A stretch of 56,309 nucleotides of DNA, counting the filler, from Diploschistes diacapsis (lineage: Eukaryota), in assembly GCA_023645945.1 (NCBI GenBank). It is 4 parts of 4 records of this genome, joined end to end, with 100 filler letters (N's around TTAATTAATTAA, not from the genome) between each part and the next. Parts side by side here need not be neighbours in the genome. Positions count along the whole stretch, not along the records: positions 28,246 to 42,228 come from JALAIB010000622.1; positions 42,329 to 56,309 come from JALAIB010000623.1; 2 more parts are not named here. One strand, written 5' to 3'. The notes beneath the pieces are model-generated. The model saw nothing but the letters and a program-made list of their open reading frames with translations. It did no database searches and was not told where the DNA came from. The position numbers were made by a program, and so were the translations under genes. Shown here one piece after another: positions 39,759-52,593 of this stretch; position 1 is the stretch's first letter; the number at the start of each line of letters is the position of its first letter.

Positions 39759-41349
39759 GGGTGCTTTGAATCGAATCCATGGCTTGTCTATCTTTGTATC
39801 TTTGACACAGCCATGAATCGCACAATTCTTTATCGGACATCTATCGCTGTAATCTTTGTGGTATGTCCTGCCGATCGTTGCATTTTCATGCATCCTGTTC
39901 GCTCTAAAATTTGAGCTTCTGTGACCACCACTCTGCGCTTCCTTTTTCAGCTCTCAAAACGCCAACACCCCACTACCTTCTTATCCTCGAGCCAGGAGCA
40001 GCCAGCATATAGTACGTTGCAAAAGTTAATGGAATTGTCTTGGCGTCTTGGCACTTTTTCGGAAATAATAGTTAGTTCTCCCATACTAATTCTGAAGCAC
40101 TTTTCCAGCGTTTGAAGCTTTATTTCGAGCTTTTGACGCAGACGTTTGGTATAATAAGCTCTCGTCTGCTTCGTCCCTCTAGAGCTCTACTAATGATCAC
40201 TTATAGGACGATTTCTTCGACATTACCGGATTCCTTTACGATCGAAAGAAACTCGCTATCGTCGTCGCCGATTAAAAAAGAAGGATCCTCAAATACAATT
40301 TCGACAGCCCATTTATATTATTATCGCGATTACAGTTAGCTATTGGCGGCTTTAATCGATCCTTTAGCGACGTTTTGGCTCGCTGTCGCTTCGGGGGTGC
40401 TTTTAACGTCGTCACATTCGATTTTACTTAGCGTTCAAGGGTCGCCATAGCACATCTATAGTATAGGAAGAAAGGCCAGGATTAAAAGAATCTATAGTAC
40501 ACGTTTTATCACTGTAAATTGACTATGATACCTGTTTTACACCTAAAAACTGATTTTTAGAATCATTTTGCTTCACTCTTTGACAATCGACGCTTACGCC
40601 AAGAAAGGGGGGCAGTTATTCTGACCGAAATAAACGCTATTACATAAGTAAATTATCGGAGTTGACACTTCCGATCTTTCTGAATTTTCTATGTCTTCCC
40701 ACTACATCTCAATATACGTGCATGGTTTATTTGAAGCAAAGAATATCGAAGGTAACGGTGACTAGACTAAACTAATGACTCTGATTCGAATGGTGATATT
40801 TGTTTTAAAGGAGCGTGGATGTAAAAAAACTTATAATAAACATCACTTGAAAGACCCGCAAAAAGGGCGTAAAGGCTAATAGTAAAATATATATTTATTT
40901 CGGTCACAATAACTGCTCTGCAAGAATGCCAAGCGGATTCTATCAACCTCTGCAACGTACTGTATCAACATCCGAAAATTCACCCACATACTTTGCCTGT
41001 GGCGAACATGGCCGTATGAAGAACAATTTTTCATGTTCCTATAAGCAGACTAATGGTGAAACAAATCAATCCACTGGAGCAGCTGACTCCCAGAATAGCA
41101 GAGTAGATACGCAGACTCCAATGTATCCTCAGTTACGTCTTTACCACGAATGTTAGGACCATTGATGTTTTTCGACGTTGAGGGAACCGCCCTGTATACG
41201 ACGATCAGTATCCAGTAGTCGGCAGTCGATGGTACGGTAGACGATGGAGACTAGGCAGATTAAGGAGCAAATTGAAGGTCTAACGATGTACTCTAGGATA
41301 GTTGGTATTTATGGCAGAGTGGGTGTGTAGGGCAAGTCTTATTCTGCCT

Positions 41350-42228
41350 ACTATATACATAAATTACATAATAAGTATTATAATTCTTAAGATACTTTCT
41401 CAATCATATTAATTTATATATAATTATAAGTATTTATAGAACTAACGCTTTCTTTAATTATATTTATTTATTTAACGATCGCTTATATACTTTTTTTTTA
41501 TTTTTAATTTTATTATTCTAATTTTTTTTTTAAATATTATAAAGACCTCGTTATTTACTCGTCCTACGCGTTTTACCGCCTTTCTTACTACCGCCGCGGC
41601 CACGTTCGATATAATCGTTAATAACGATAAACTAAATTTTAAAAACTTTATACTTTACGACGCCCTTTCCGCCGCTTTAAATCGTGATATTACCCTCTCG
41701 CCCGCCCCGACGCCTATTATCTTACCATTCCCTAGCTCGCCTATCCTCGCCGTTCTTATCGAACCTACGCGGGCCCCGATACCTTTACCGCCGTTACTTA
41801 TTACGGAAAGGCTTTATAGCTTCCTTGCAGACTTCCCGGCGTAAAAGGCGCGTTTCTTTATCGTCGCGGACATCCTTCGGATAATTATAACGGATTTTAA
41901 CGCGTTTTAACTTTACGTAAATAATTTTTAAACGTTTAATCAAACGTCTAGAAATATTTTATAATATAATTATTATTATTAACGAAACGGCTATAATAAT
42001 ACGATATTTATTACGCGTAATATCGATATAAAGAAAAAAAATAACGCGTAATCGCGTAATTTATAATATAATTATCGTAATCCGTAAAAGCGTAAACGAC
42101 GTAATAATTAAACGAATAACGTCGTTTATCGATTATTACGTCGAATTTTTTAATATTAACGATAATATTAAAAAAACGAATATTTTTAAAACGTTCGTTA
42201 TTTAATAAATAACGTTAAATTATAATTT
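41350..42228. repeat. AT-rich RIP-like repeat/transposon relic
   Basis: Extreme TpA enrichment; in 41900-42228 nearly all C occurs in CpG. Confidence 0.75.
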
Positions 42229-42328
42229 NNNNNNNNNNNNNNNNNNNNNNNNNNNNNNNNNNNNNNNNNNNNTTAATTAATTAANNNNNNNNNNNNNNNN
42301 NNNNNNNNNNNNNNNNNNNNNNNNNNNN
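42229..42328. other. Artificial contig spacer
   Basis: Same linker. Confidence 0.98.
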
Positions 42329-42999
42329 GAGGTAGGATTGGGAATTTCGACGGTTATGGCGGCGGCGTTGGTTGCGGAGGAGTTGGAGACTGGCCGATTC
42401 GCGAGAGAATGGAAGGCTAGTGCCGAGATATAGGGGCGGTGCTGAGGAATCGTAAGGGGCTCGAGAAAAGAGGAGGGGTTAGGGAAGGAAGCGGTGGTGG
42501 CGGCGGTGGTGGCAGTAGTGGTGGCTGCAAGCTGAGGTTCTTCAGACTTTAGCTCCACTTTGTTGCCGGCTGCTTCCGATAGATCTGCTACTGCCTCTGC
42601 CTGCCGTTTCCGCTTCTTGCCTCTCCTGGTATTAGAAGTGTGGTTAAGAGCTTCATCGCTGAGGCGGGACAATGAGAAAGGCCCGCGGTAGGACTGGTGA
42701 ATACGAGATAGACCCTCTTCGATAAAGTCGCGGTACTCAGCGTCCCTGGCTTGGTCTTCTGGTGTCGAGCGGGCGAGGATATTGGCTCTCGCTGTGTCGG
42801 ATTTGGGTTCGGTAGATTGATACGGTTGCTCCAGTGGTGGGCTGGAGAAGATGCGGCGTTTTAGGAGCGAGCTTTGTGGGCGAGGGAGCTGGGCTAGAGA
42901 TAGAGATAGCGGAAGGTCGAGTACGATGTAGTTTTGGTCTGGCGACTCGTAGAGAATCGCCGATTGGTGTGTTGTTGGAATTGGGTGGGATTTGGTCAT
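42329..42999 (-). CDS. MT-A70 family (METTL4-like) methyltransferase, N-terminal part truncated by gap
   Basis: ILYESPDQNYIVLDLPLSLSLAQ...IFSSPPLEQPYQSTEPK matches the recalled N-terminus of fungal MT-A70 proteins; the catalytic DPPW motif is not in view. Confidence 0.6.
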
Positions 43000-43549
43000 G
43001 GTTAAGTTCGGCGCCAGATTCTGTTTGATGTGGGAGAAAGCCGTAAATTAGAGCACCTAGCCAGATGATATATCGATGGCTAGCTTAGTTCTTTCCTGAG
43101 AGTTCCTAATGATATGTACGGTCAAGGTCTGTTGAGAGCATTTTTGGTGTGTCGGATATGGAGTAGGGCTGACAATTAATCTGCCCACACGCTAAGCTAG
43201 GTCCCATACAGATCTAGTATGTCCATTTCCCACAAGTTGATGTCACATGATAACATCTCTCATTATGCAACCTGACATTCGCTTTTCTCCATACACGTTA
43301 GAGCTTATTTTTATAGTTTAATGTGTCGCTTTTCTAGATCATCAATATCTAGATAACCTTTCCAGCTGTGGCACGTATATGTAATGCATACTAATTACTA
43401 TGGGAACTAAATATGAGCTAAAAGGCTTGGCAGGCACACTATACGTGGGACAGGGTGGGGAGCAGGTGGTGCTCCTGAATCATGCCCGTGGGAAACGAAG
43501 ACACTAAGGAATTCATACCACCGCAGGTATACGTCCATACTACACTAGA

Positions 43550-44811
43550 TTACACCAAGAAAGTCTGGGGCACCCCTGGCCCCCAAACCGCCAACGACTC
43601 TTCCCCTGCTGGTCCCCATCCGATAGGAGTCTCATTATTGACCTGGTCTCCATCGGCATAGTGCTCTATCATGAAGCCAGTTGGGTCCCACCAGTAGTCA
43701 AAGATCTGTGATCCAAGAACATGGCGGCCGACGCCCCAGACAGATTCGTACCCTTTCTGCGCTAACCATTGATGCCCTAAATACTGCGTATCGAAATCGT
43801 GGACCTCAAAAGAGCAGTGGTGGACGTGAGATGTACTGCTCTCGTTCAAGAAGAAGCAGTGATGATCTACATATTCGGAGCCGCGGTCAATATGTGCAAA
43901 CAGCGCGACGTCCTTGTTGGGGGCATCCTTTTCCGGCTGGATCCAAAGGAAATCGGTCGGGACAATGTTGAAGTTTCGGGTATAGAACTCGATCTGTGAT
44001 TGGAGGTTCTGGACGCAGATACCGTAGTGCCCAAGCTACGTATTCCGTGAGCGAGCGAAACCTAACTGAGATGATAGAGGGCTCACCTTGTGCACCGCAG
44101 CAGGCCCGGGTTTGAAGCGCTGGAACTTACGTAGCCTCGGTTTATCATTTTCAAAATTGTATTCTAATTGTCCAGGCATTGGCCCTGGCTTGGCTGGCTC
44201 TTGCCCGTAAATCAGATTCATAGGGAAACCTTCGGGGTCATTAACAGTGACTAGATAGCCGCCGCCCGGCGCATCGTCAAGCTTCTGAATATGGCTCGCG
44301 CCGGGTAGCTTGGAAGCTCTGTTGTTCAAACATCGCTCAGCACTAACGGAGCACCGTCGTGTTCATTCTCGGGACTTACTTCTCCATATCCTCGTAGCTC
44401 TCGACTTCAAAAGCACCTCCGAGGAACTTCATAGGACCTTCCTGGGCGTAGTATACGTATTGGTCCGCGCCATACCCGCGAAACCATAGCTTGCCCTCTC
44501 CTTTCTTTGCTATAGTCATTCCGAAATCTAGCTGATGTTTAGCCAAGTAGTCGAGGGGCATAAAAGCATAAGTCTAGGCGCATACCTTTTAGGAACTTGG
44601 TGATCACAGCGAGGTCAGGATGCTGATATCGCATGTGTGATGGCTTCACCAAGCGAACCTGTTTCGAGGTGTCGATGCCAGCATTCTTTATCCATTCCTT
44701 GATCTCTTGTCGTTCACTGCCAATGGCTTTCAGATCTAGCTCGGACACCCCACGATTGGGTGAGGTCTCCCTGCTGATGTCGCTTTGGATACTTGACCTG
44801 AACTGCTGCAT
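43550..44811 (-). CDS. VOC-superfamily extradiol-type ring-cleavage dioxygenase (trihydroxytoluene oxygenase-like); exons 44811-44586, 44527-44380, 44318-44087, 44035-43550
   Basis: HKLGHYG, VDHHCFF, HVHHCSFEVHDFDTQ, WGVGRHVLGSQIFDYW, EHYADGD; three GT-AG introns give an uninterrupted frame. Confidence 0.88.
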
Positions 44812-45241
44812 AGTGGTACAGGAAGGCTCAAAGTGTGACTGTGGCAGAGAAATCTTCAAATTATCAAAGAGTCTGGAGGGGAAACCAATATATATCAGAT
44901 ATATTGGACAGACGTCACGAACATGCAAGCAGAGATACATACATACCCCACCTACATACATATCTTATAAGCGCTGACCTCACGATTCATCCATGAACAT
45001 AGTTTCGAAAGGCCTTTCTTTACGTGTTGCTCTGTACAAAGGGCTTGGAAACTGGACAGCGAACAAGCTAGGAAGTGCTTTGGCCTCCCTAACCGAAATT
45101 TCTCATCGCTACACATTTGTCCTGCATGCCACTTACCAAAGGCTCATCTTTGGGACCATTCGCGTATCTTCATCATAAGCAGCGTCGAATGTCTTACTTT
45201 GGCGCTCACTGCTCGTCTTGACTTGTTGTAATCAACTACTG

Positions 45242-47704
45242 TCAGTGCATAACAGATGGAGCCCGCTGTTCCGCCTTCGTCACCTCATAAAGTACGGAGG
45301 TATTTGATGGCCAACCCGCCATATTCCCAAATGTAGTAACAGCGAGTTTTTCATTTCGATTAAATCTATTACTATCGAAAGCAGTAGATTCGAGAGTAGT
45401 AGATTCGAAAGCAGTAGATTCGAAAGCAGTAGATGCAAGCCTTTTAGATGTAAGCCTTTTAAATTAATACTATAAGCGAGTTTTTAATTTATATCAACTT
45501 GTTCTCGTTTCATCATGGTGAAAACTCGATGTTACTATTTTTGGGATGTGGGCGGGTTGGCCGTTAAATACCAACAGCAATATACGACCCAACCGTCGAC
45601 GCCAGCAGCAGTCGCGCTGGACTGCTGGCCCACGAACTGCTCAGGCTCCGGTAGCAAGATACACGCCAGACACAAAAATGGTACGCCTAGCGTCTTGCGC
45701 ACGAGACAATACATCTTCTTCGATGCCGTACCTAGATAGGGGCTGGCGTCGCCGTAGAGCATGTACGCGTCGCGGTTTGTGCACCAGGCAGCTTCTAGCG
45801 AGGGACCGAGCTTATCGATGAAGCTCTGCAGTCTTTACAGCGCATCTGGAAGGTCTTGGAAGCTTGGAAGATCCAATATCGGGACGCGCATGGTCTTTGA
45901 GATATATGGAAACCGTTCCTTGGTCTCCATGGTGACTGTGGAATCAAGGCTCTCGAGAAGTTGGGTCCAGATCGCGAACTGTGGGTCCGCCGTACTACCC
46001 GTAGTCGAAGGCCCTCCTGGCTTTAGCGTGGCTTCTACAAGCTCGGTAAGCTGCGCCTGATAGCATTCCAAGAAGTTTGCCTGCATTGCACGAAGGTCTA
46101 GGGTTTGACAAAGCGCGAGCAGATGCGCCGCTGCCAGCTCGGCCAAAACCTTGATGCTCGTCCATGTATAGCGGCCTGAAATCAAGGCGAGCGAGTTGAG
46201 GGAGTGATTGCCCATTTCTGCATTCTGTACATGATTGACGGGCCCGCCAGGAATCCCAATTCGGATAGCAAGGCCGATACGTGGATATCAACGGGCTTAA
46301 AGATACCGGACTTGTTTGGTTCTTCTGCTAGCAGGTTGGGCGGCAAACCGCGACTGGTCGTATTATTATTAATGATTTCCTAGCACTGTACGAACATCAT
46401 CCGCCCCATGCTTTGCATGGCTTGTCGGATCTTTTCTGTTGCTACCGTGACTGCCTTAGCCTGAAAGTTACCCCCATGCAGAGAGTTGCCGGCCTTGTCT
46501 ATAAGAGGATTATCCGTTGCAGAGCTGCATTCTATACCAATCTGTTGATGTGCCAGAAGGAGATCTTCTAACACTGGCCCTATCCACTGCGCTGCCGTAC
46601 GGATTGAATATCTATCCTGACGCAATGACACGTCCTTCCCATCACTTGTACACGCGAGCTGCGAACCACGAAGGAATGCCAGGATATTCCTTGCGCTCTC
46701 CGCCTGCCCTGGGTGCGGATGCGTCTCGGCAAAGAAGGGGTGAAAGCTTTCGGGATTTCCCAATAGCGCCTCTACGCACATTGTTGTGAGTACTTGCGAT
46801 AGGACAGCGAGCTGGTGTGCGTCATGAAGTACATGCACGCTACACGCGGTGGATATTGTGGTTCCATTGAATTGCCAATCCTACTTTGGCCATCAGGTGT
46901 ATAGGGGACCATTCGGCTTGGGCGAGAGCTTCGTCTGCGTATACATGGCCGGTTCGTCCAGGTTTCGGAAGCACTCGGACAGTTGTTTTCCCCTGCATCA
47001 CGCTGGCGATATAAGCCAGCGGATTCAGATTACCGGACGCAGATATGCTCCCCCTTAACGGGATCGGCGGAACGATATCGTGCTCGAGAAGATCCCGCAG
47101 TCTCTCCACGATGACGGGGCGCACGCCAGAACGGCCTTTCACCAAGAAGTTCATGCGGACTACGATAGCCGCCCGGACCCACGTCTTTGGCAAATGATCG
47201 CTCTCCAGGGTATCTTTGGTAGCCGGGTCGAAGCCAGTCCTTGGGGAATCTGCTGCTTGGTGAGAACCGCGAGGATCGCGAGGCCCTGCCGTGAGCACGC
47301 CATAACTCAGCTCCCGCGTCAGCACGCGCTGCAGAGCCTCTATTTCGACGGTGCGGGTGTTTGCCCAAGCGCCGAAACCGGTGTTCACACCTGGGGGTCG
47401 TAGTTGAGCAAATTTTGGACCGGCGTGGATCACACTAATGAGTTTCAGCTCACCACGGATGACCTCGCCGCTGTGCAGACTCCGCTGTAGAGCGCTATAG
47501 CCCCCCCGGAGCGAATCGTATGTCGACTGCTCAATGCGCGCGTCCGCGAAGTTATCTGTACATTCTTCAACAGGGTGCGTGAGCGAGCATTTATCTCGAG
47601 CCTCTTACCGAGAAACGTAGATGATGTGCGGGTCGTCGAGAGTCGTGCCGTCGACGATTACCTCGGAGGACTTTGGGTTGATCATGGACAATAGGAGCCG
47701 CCAT
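45242..47704 (-). pseudogene. pal: Phenylalanine ammonia-lyase pseudogene
   Basis: GVNTGFG, MIO region PLRGSISASGNLNPLAYIA, LRQDRYSIRTAAQWIGP, TDNPLID, HGGNFQA, MGNHSLNSLALISGRYT. Frameshifts, in-frame stops (46380, 45835) and a MITE in the 3' end. Confidence 0.9.
45295..45573. mobile_element. MITE-like non-autonomous element (~279 bp) with ~55 bp imperfect TIRs and internal 15-bp tandem array
   Basis: GGTATTTGATGGCCAACCCGCCATATTCCCAAATGTAGTAACAGCGAGTTTT (from 45299) is inverted at ~45520-45572. TA at left flank. Removing it restores the PAL frame GSYIAV|LYEVTK. Confidence 0.8.
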
Positions 47705-48060
47705 TGCTGGGGGATCAGTAAGGTGTGGGACTGGTGTCGGTGCGCCACGGTGCAGGTTTTTTTGAATGGAGATGATGGGGATTGAGAGGGAAAGCGTTAG
47801 CGGAGCTTTGATATATATATATAGAGAGAGGGCTCTTTGGCTTGGCTTACAAGGGAAAAGAAGAGGCACGTGAAACTAGGTATTATATTGCAAAAGACCT
47901 GAGGCATGCATTTAAGCTTAGTTTCATTTCCAAATAGTACAATTTAGTTCAAAGGTTTTAGAAAACTTGTCCTATTGCGCAAGCGCTGAGGCTTTATGTC
48001 CCATAGGAACTTACCACCTTTATGCAAAACTAGCTACGTGAGAAATGAATATCTACACCT

Positions 48061-49758
48061 CTAGCCATCCAATTCCACGGCCACTTTGATACCATTGTTC
48101 GACATGAGAGCAAGCGTCGAGCTCTCCACCTACGGACCCGGATCTCTACTCTCAACAGCTTTAAAGCTCTGCACCAAACGCAGAAAAATATAGGAAACCT
48201 CGTTCATCGCGAAATCCACCGCAACTCAAGTCATTCTCTGGCTTACCTTGACGCCGTCGCCTGAATATATCCACTTACTGCCGATGCAATTCCTCGCCCC
48301 CTTCAGAAGGGATAAATTTCTAGTGTGAACATCGGTAAGGCAGGAGAAAGTACGCGAGACAAGGAAGATATTCGGCCCTTACCCAAGACTCCCGCTGATA
48401 AGCCCACCGTTCTGGACGGAATTCTTCGGCATCCGCGCCCCAGAGGCCCCGCCGGCGATGTCGGGCAAAGGTACCGAAATGTACCATGCCGTGCTTGGGG
48501 ACAGATACGCGCGACTGGCCGTCTGGGCCTCCGCCGACAGGGAGGATGGTGTCTCTGGTAGCGACTCTGGAGTTGCTGGGCTGGGGGTGGATGCAATCTC
48601 AGACCTCGTGGACGTTGGATGAAGCGATCTGTTCATTGAATACGACGGGCCCTTGCTCTCGCGAATACAGAAGTTGAGGTACTGTAGGCTCTTCAATTGC
48701 TGCTCGGTCGGACGAAGTCCGTCTATGTGCTGCACTTCGGAGCGCAGTCGGGCCCAGATTTCTGGCCTCTCCGCCAGAACGAAGAATAAGTTGATGAGTA
48801 ATGCGGCTGTGGCGTCCGAAGCCGCAAGATATAGGGTCAGAATTTCGTCCTGCAGGACTTGAGGATCCTGTGTTACTTGATTTGAGTGTTTCAAGAAGAC
48901 TAGTCTTTCGTCCATGGTGGGTTCCCGTAAGTTCGTTTTCTGGAACCCCAAAGCGGCATCAATGTACCCTCGAATGCAGCAATGGGTAATGGACACATTT
49001 CTGAAGAAAACTGGCTGCGGAACAACGGCGGTCAAGCTTCCGAGCAACCACCGAAGCTCACAGCCAGATTGGGCATCGTGCAAGGCTTTTAGAACGCCGG
49101 TCTCGAGCCTCTCTGGCTTTTGGAGCGAGCTGATGGATTCTCCGAACAGGAACTCCGTAGCTATGTCTGCCGCGAGCCGGTGGAACAATGTCGCAAGGTC
49201 AAAGACGCTCCCACCAGCTGGGACTAAAGAGACTAGATTCGGGACATGCGGCTCGAAAAGATCTAGTCGAGAGACCTGCGCACGACTGAAGCAAGGCCGT
49301 AGAAGGGCACGAGACGCTGCCCAACGCGCTCCATCGCTCTGGAAAATCTGTCGGCTAGTAGAGGTTGGAAAGCGTTCTTCCTCTGGAATCCGACGCCGTA
49401 GTCTCCGAATCGCATGGACAGTACAGCCTGTATGATCTGTGGTTCGATAGTGTTCAATACCCAGGTTCCCTAGAAAATTGTCGTCCAAGTATTCCCGTGC
49501 TTTTTATGGAGTCTCTGCTCGTGGCTCAACAATTCGTGCGACTGACCCGCACGAATAGCGTTCCATAAATGATCTAAACCCAGAAACGGATCCTTGAGGC
49601 GGTAGGAAGCTGGTGGCTTACATCCATACAGCTGTCTGTATCTGCGCTGTCGGGCAAACAATGCTGGAACTCAAAGACAGATGATCGAAGAAACAGCGAT
49701 GACGAGATAGAATATACTCTTCCCACGGTCAAGTTAGGAAATAGAGATAGATAGCCAT
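48061..49758 (-). pseudogene. Cytochrome P450 pseudogene (CYP52-clan-like)
   Basis: DPFLGLD, TIEPQIIQAVL, DGARWAASRALLRPCF, EFLFGESI, EEFRPERW, heme motif IP-SEGARNCIG lacking the conserved Phe; several frameshifts and stops. Confidence 0.85.
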
Positions 49759-51378
49759 ATACTTAATTGGAATCATTATCGTTCTCCAGAGACTGGCGAC
49801 GGATTGGAGGCTGGGCAGATGTACTCACCATCAACTGCCGTGGTCGCGCCAACACTCAGACTTGGAAGATCATGAATACTGCCAGCTCTTGCCTTGGTCC
49901 ATTTATATGTGTGAAGTCCCACCCAAACCTAAGACTCGCGGTTGCTGGGGGTTCCTTTGTAAGGAACCTAAGGCGGAGTTCCAAGGAGATGGTTCGCGAG
50001 CGACACATTAGAATTTAGATAGAATTCTACTCCCGTACCAACTTTGAACAAAGGTGCCATCGGAGCCTGTAGGTAGCCTCGTGAGATTTTATACTGTGTA
50101 TGGGCCGTACTGCCGGACTGCCCGGCCATGGCGTATCCGCAAGGTACAAAAAATAATGCCTTTAGGATGCATGCAACCTCTATCGCTGTCCAATTGTTAG
50201 CTTGCAATACAGTATCTAGTCCATCAGTTCCTCCTTCTTTGCTGACAATCCCACAAAAAGCAAAGTAGAGTGTGCTAGCAGTTGAACGAGATAGGAGCTA
50301 TAGCAGTCACCCCCATTCTATGATCCGTAGGCGCGTAAGCGCTAACATCCATCTAGCCTTTAGCGGTGCCCAGATGTTACCAGCAACAACTGCGGCGGGC
50401 TAGACCTCAGAATCCTCAAGGTCTGGTCTGTTACAACTTGCAAGCACCTCTATCACTCCCAGCTCTGGATAAGCTTCTCCAACGTTCCAGAAGCGCAACG
50501 ACTACTCGAACCTTTCATTCTAGATCTCTAGACACCCAGTGGGAAACGCTAGTCCTGATCACAGAGCCCCTTCAGGCAGCATTATTCTTCAAAATTCCTT
50601 TGCCGGCATAAAAAGTGCTTTACTAACTCAAGACGGTTAGACTGCTGTGTTGGTACCGTCCACTGGACCAAGGTCTCGGGTTCGAGACCTACGTTGTCAC
50701 GAGATTGCTGCACGGGAGTTTCTGCATCCCATCCCCATCGATGTCATTCTAGACAACCTAGCCTTATTTACGGAGTACTGTGGTAGTAGTATTTCGTGAG
50801 GCGCACTTGAGGGTGTGGTATTGCATCCATGGAATACTTTATTGAGGCTGACTCATCGCAACAAAGGCACATACAGATATTACATAAGGCGAGGGTGGTA
50901 TTGATTGTTACGGGGCCTCGGTGATTGGCTCGCTCGAACTCACCCTTTTCTAATCAGGTTTAGCGCCAGTTCGTCGTGATATCCCGCGCCTTCTTTCTAT
51001 CACAGATAGCTCTTCTCAATAGCCTACGAGAAACGAAATTGATGAATCCCATCCCGAAGTATACAGCACCCACACGGAAAAGATGAGGCTGTCTGACCGG
51101 AAAGCTTCAATGCCTTCGGGTACAGACTGCGGGCTGGCCCCCAAGAAACCAGGAGAGGCAGTTTGAACCGCCAGGTTTGTTTCACCAACCCTTTAGCTTG
51201 CCCGGATCGACGGGCCGCTGTTTACCAGATTCTCCTTAACCAAACTGTAGCGCTTACTCTATTCCTCATCCATAAGCCCGCAATAGCCAGGGTGGCAATA
51301 TTTCAACCTTTATTAGCTGACTTCATCTTCTCATTGCCGAACCTTTCTCTGCCTGCTGTCGGGAGACAGAGATAGAGC

Positions 51379-52593
51379 ATGGCGAATTCGTCAAGCGGAC
51401 AACCGCCTCAACTTTCGGCCTCTTATCTTGCGGAAGACATATCTGGCCAGCTTCTCGCCGCCACCACGGTCATTTTAGTCATTACAACTGCCCTTGTCGC
51501 TCTCCGTTTCTACGCCCGAAGCTTGACGAACGCTTCCGCAGGCTGGGATGATCTCCTTTTACCACCTAGCTGGATACTGGTGGTTGGAGCATGTACAACT
51601 GGGTACCGTAAGTCGTCACTGCTTCTTCCAGCGCTATAGAATTACTGAAAATGAGTAGTCGCGGTTGCGCACAGTGGTGTAGGCCATCACCTTCAATGGG
51701 TAATCGCGAAGGACCCAGACATGCTAATTACCCGCGGAAAAATCCTCTATACCCTCGGCTTGCTTACAGCTCTTGCGAATGCAGCATCCAGATGTTCCGT
51801 CCTGTCCTTGTTCCTCCGAGTCATCACGTCGCGAGTCACGCGTATCGCAACCTGGGTTGCCATAATCTACTTGATACTCTTGGCCGTCGCACAATCAATT
51901 GTGGGTCTTGTGGAATGCAAGCCGATCGCCTACTTTTGGGACCCCTCGATCGCTGGAGGAACATGCATTGATCAATTCTTGTTCTACAAGCTGAACGGCT
52001 TCCTCAATATCATTGCCGATCTTGTCATCATCATCCTTCCAACCCACACAGTGTGGACCTTGCAAACTTCAGTGGCTCGCCGAGCGGGTATAGCCATGGC
52101 CTTTGCATCTGGAGGCTTGCGAGTACATTTCTGCTTGAACAAATACATTCTAATAGTAGCTAGTGGCCTTGTGGCTTCATGCGCACGGACCGCATCCTTC
52201 TTTACCTCGGCGCAGGAGGTACTCGAAGACCCACCATGTAAGTGTCCCACGGCCCGAATTGTGTGTCGATCGTTCTACTTACAAACTATCGCAGGGATCG
52301 ATGTTGGCTTGATGAGTTGGACTATTGTTGAAAGCGGAATGTATCTATGCGCAGCCTGTCTCATTGGACTTCGGCCCCTAGTAGACAAGGCGCCGGCTTG
52401 GCTCAAGAGATGCACCACCGTAAGGGGCGCAGGCAGCCCTGCAAAATCCTCCAGAGCCTACAGAGGAACTGGCAGAAGCGATTCTGTTTCCAGAATGATA
52501 CCCGCTAGAAAGCAGGGTCAAATCCAGCTCAGCTCGTTTGACCAAGGGGGGTATTTCCCAGGTAGAGATCCGCATGCCGGATCAGAATCTTAA
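51379..52593 (+). CDS. Pth11-like (fungal rhodopsin-domain, no CFEM) integral membrane protein; introns 51608-51658, 52119-52163 (GC-AG, inferred), 52238-52294
   Basis: VALRFYAR...GWDD, GVGHH, ECKPIAYFWD...GTCID, NIIADLVIIILP, WTIVESGMYLCAACL. Confidence 0.85.

Noticed and set aside
28246..42228. Starship-like cargo region
   Set aside because: Accessory-type content, but no tyrosine-recombinase captain or element boundaries visible.
45375..45464. CRISPR-like array
   Set aside because: Tandem units without unique spacers, eukaryotic context, inside a MITE.
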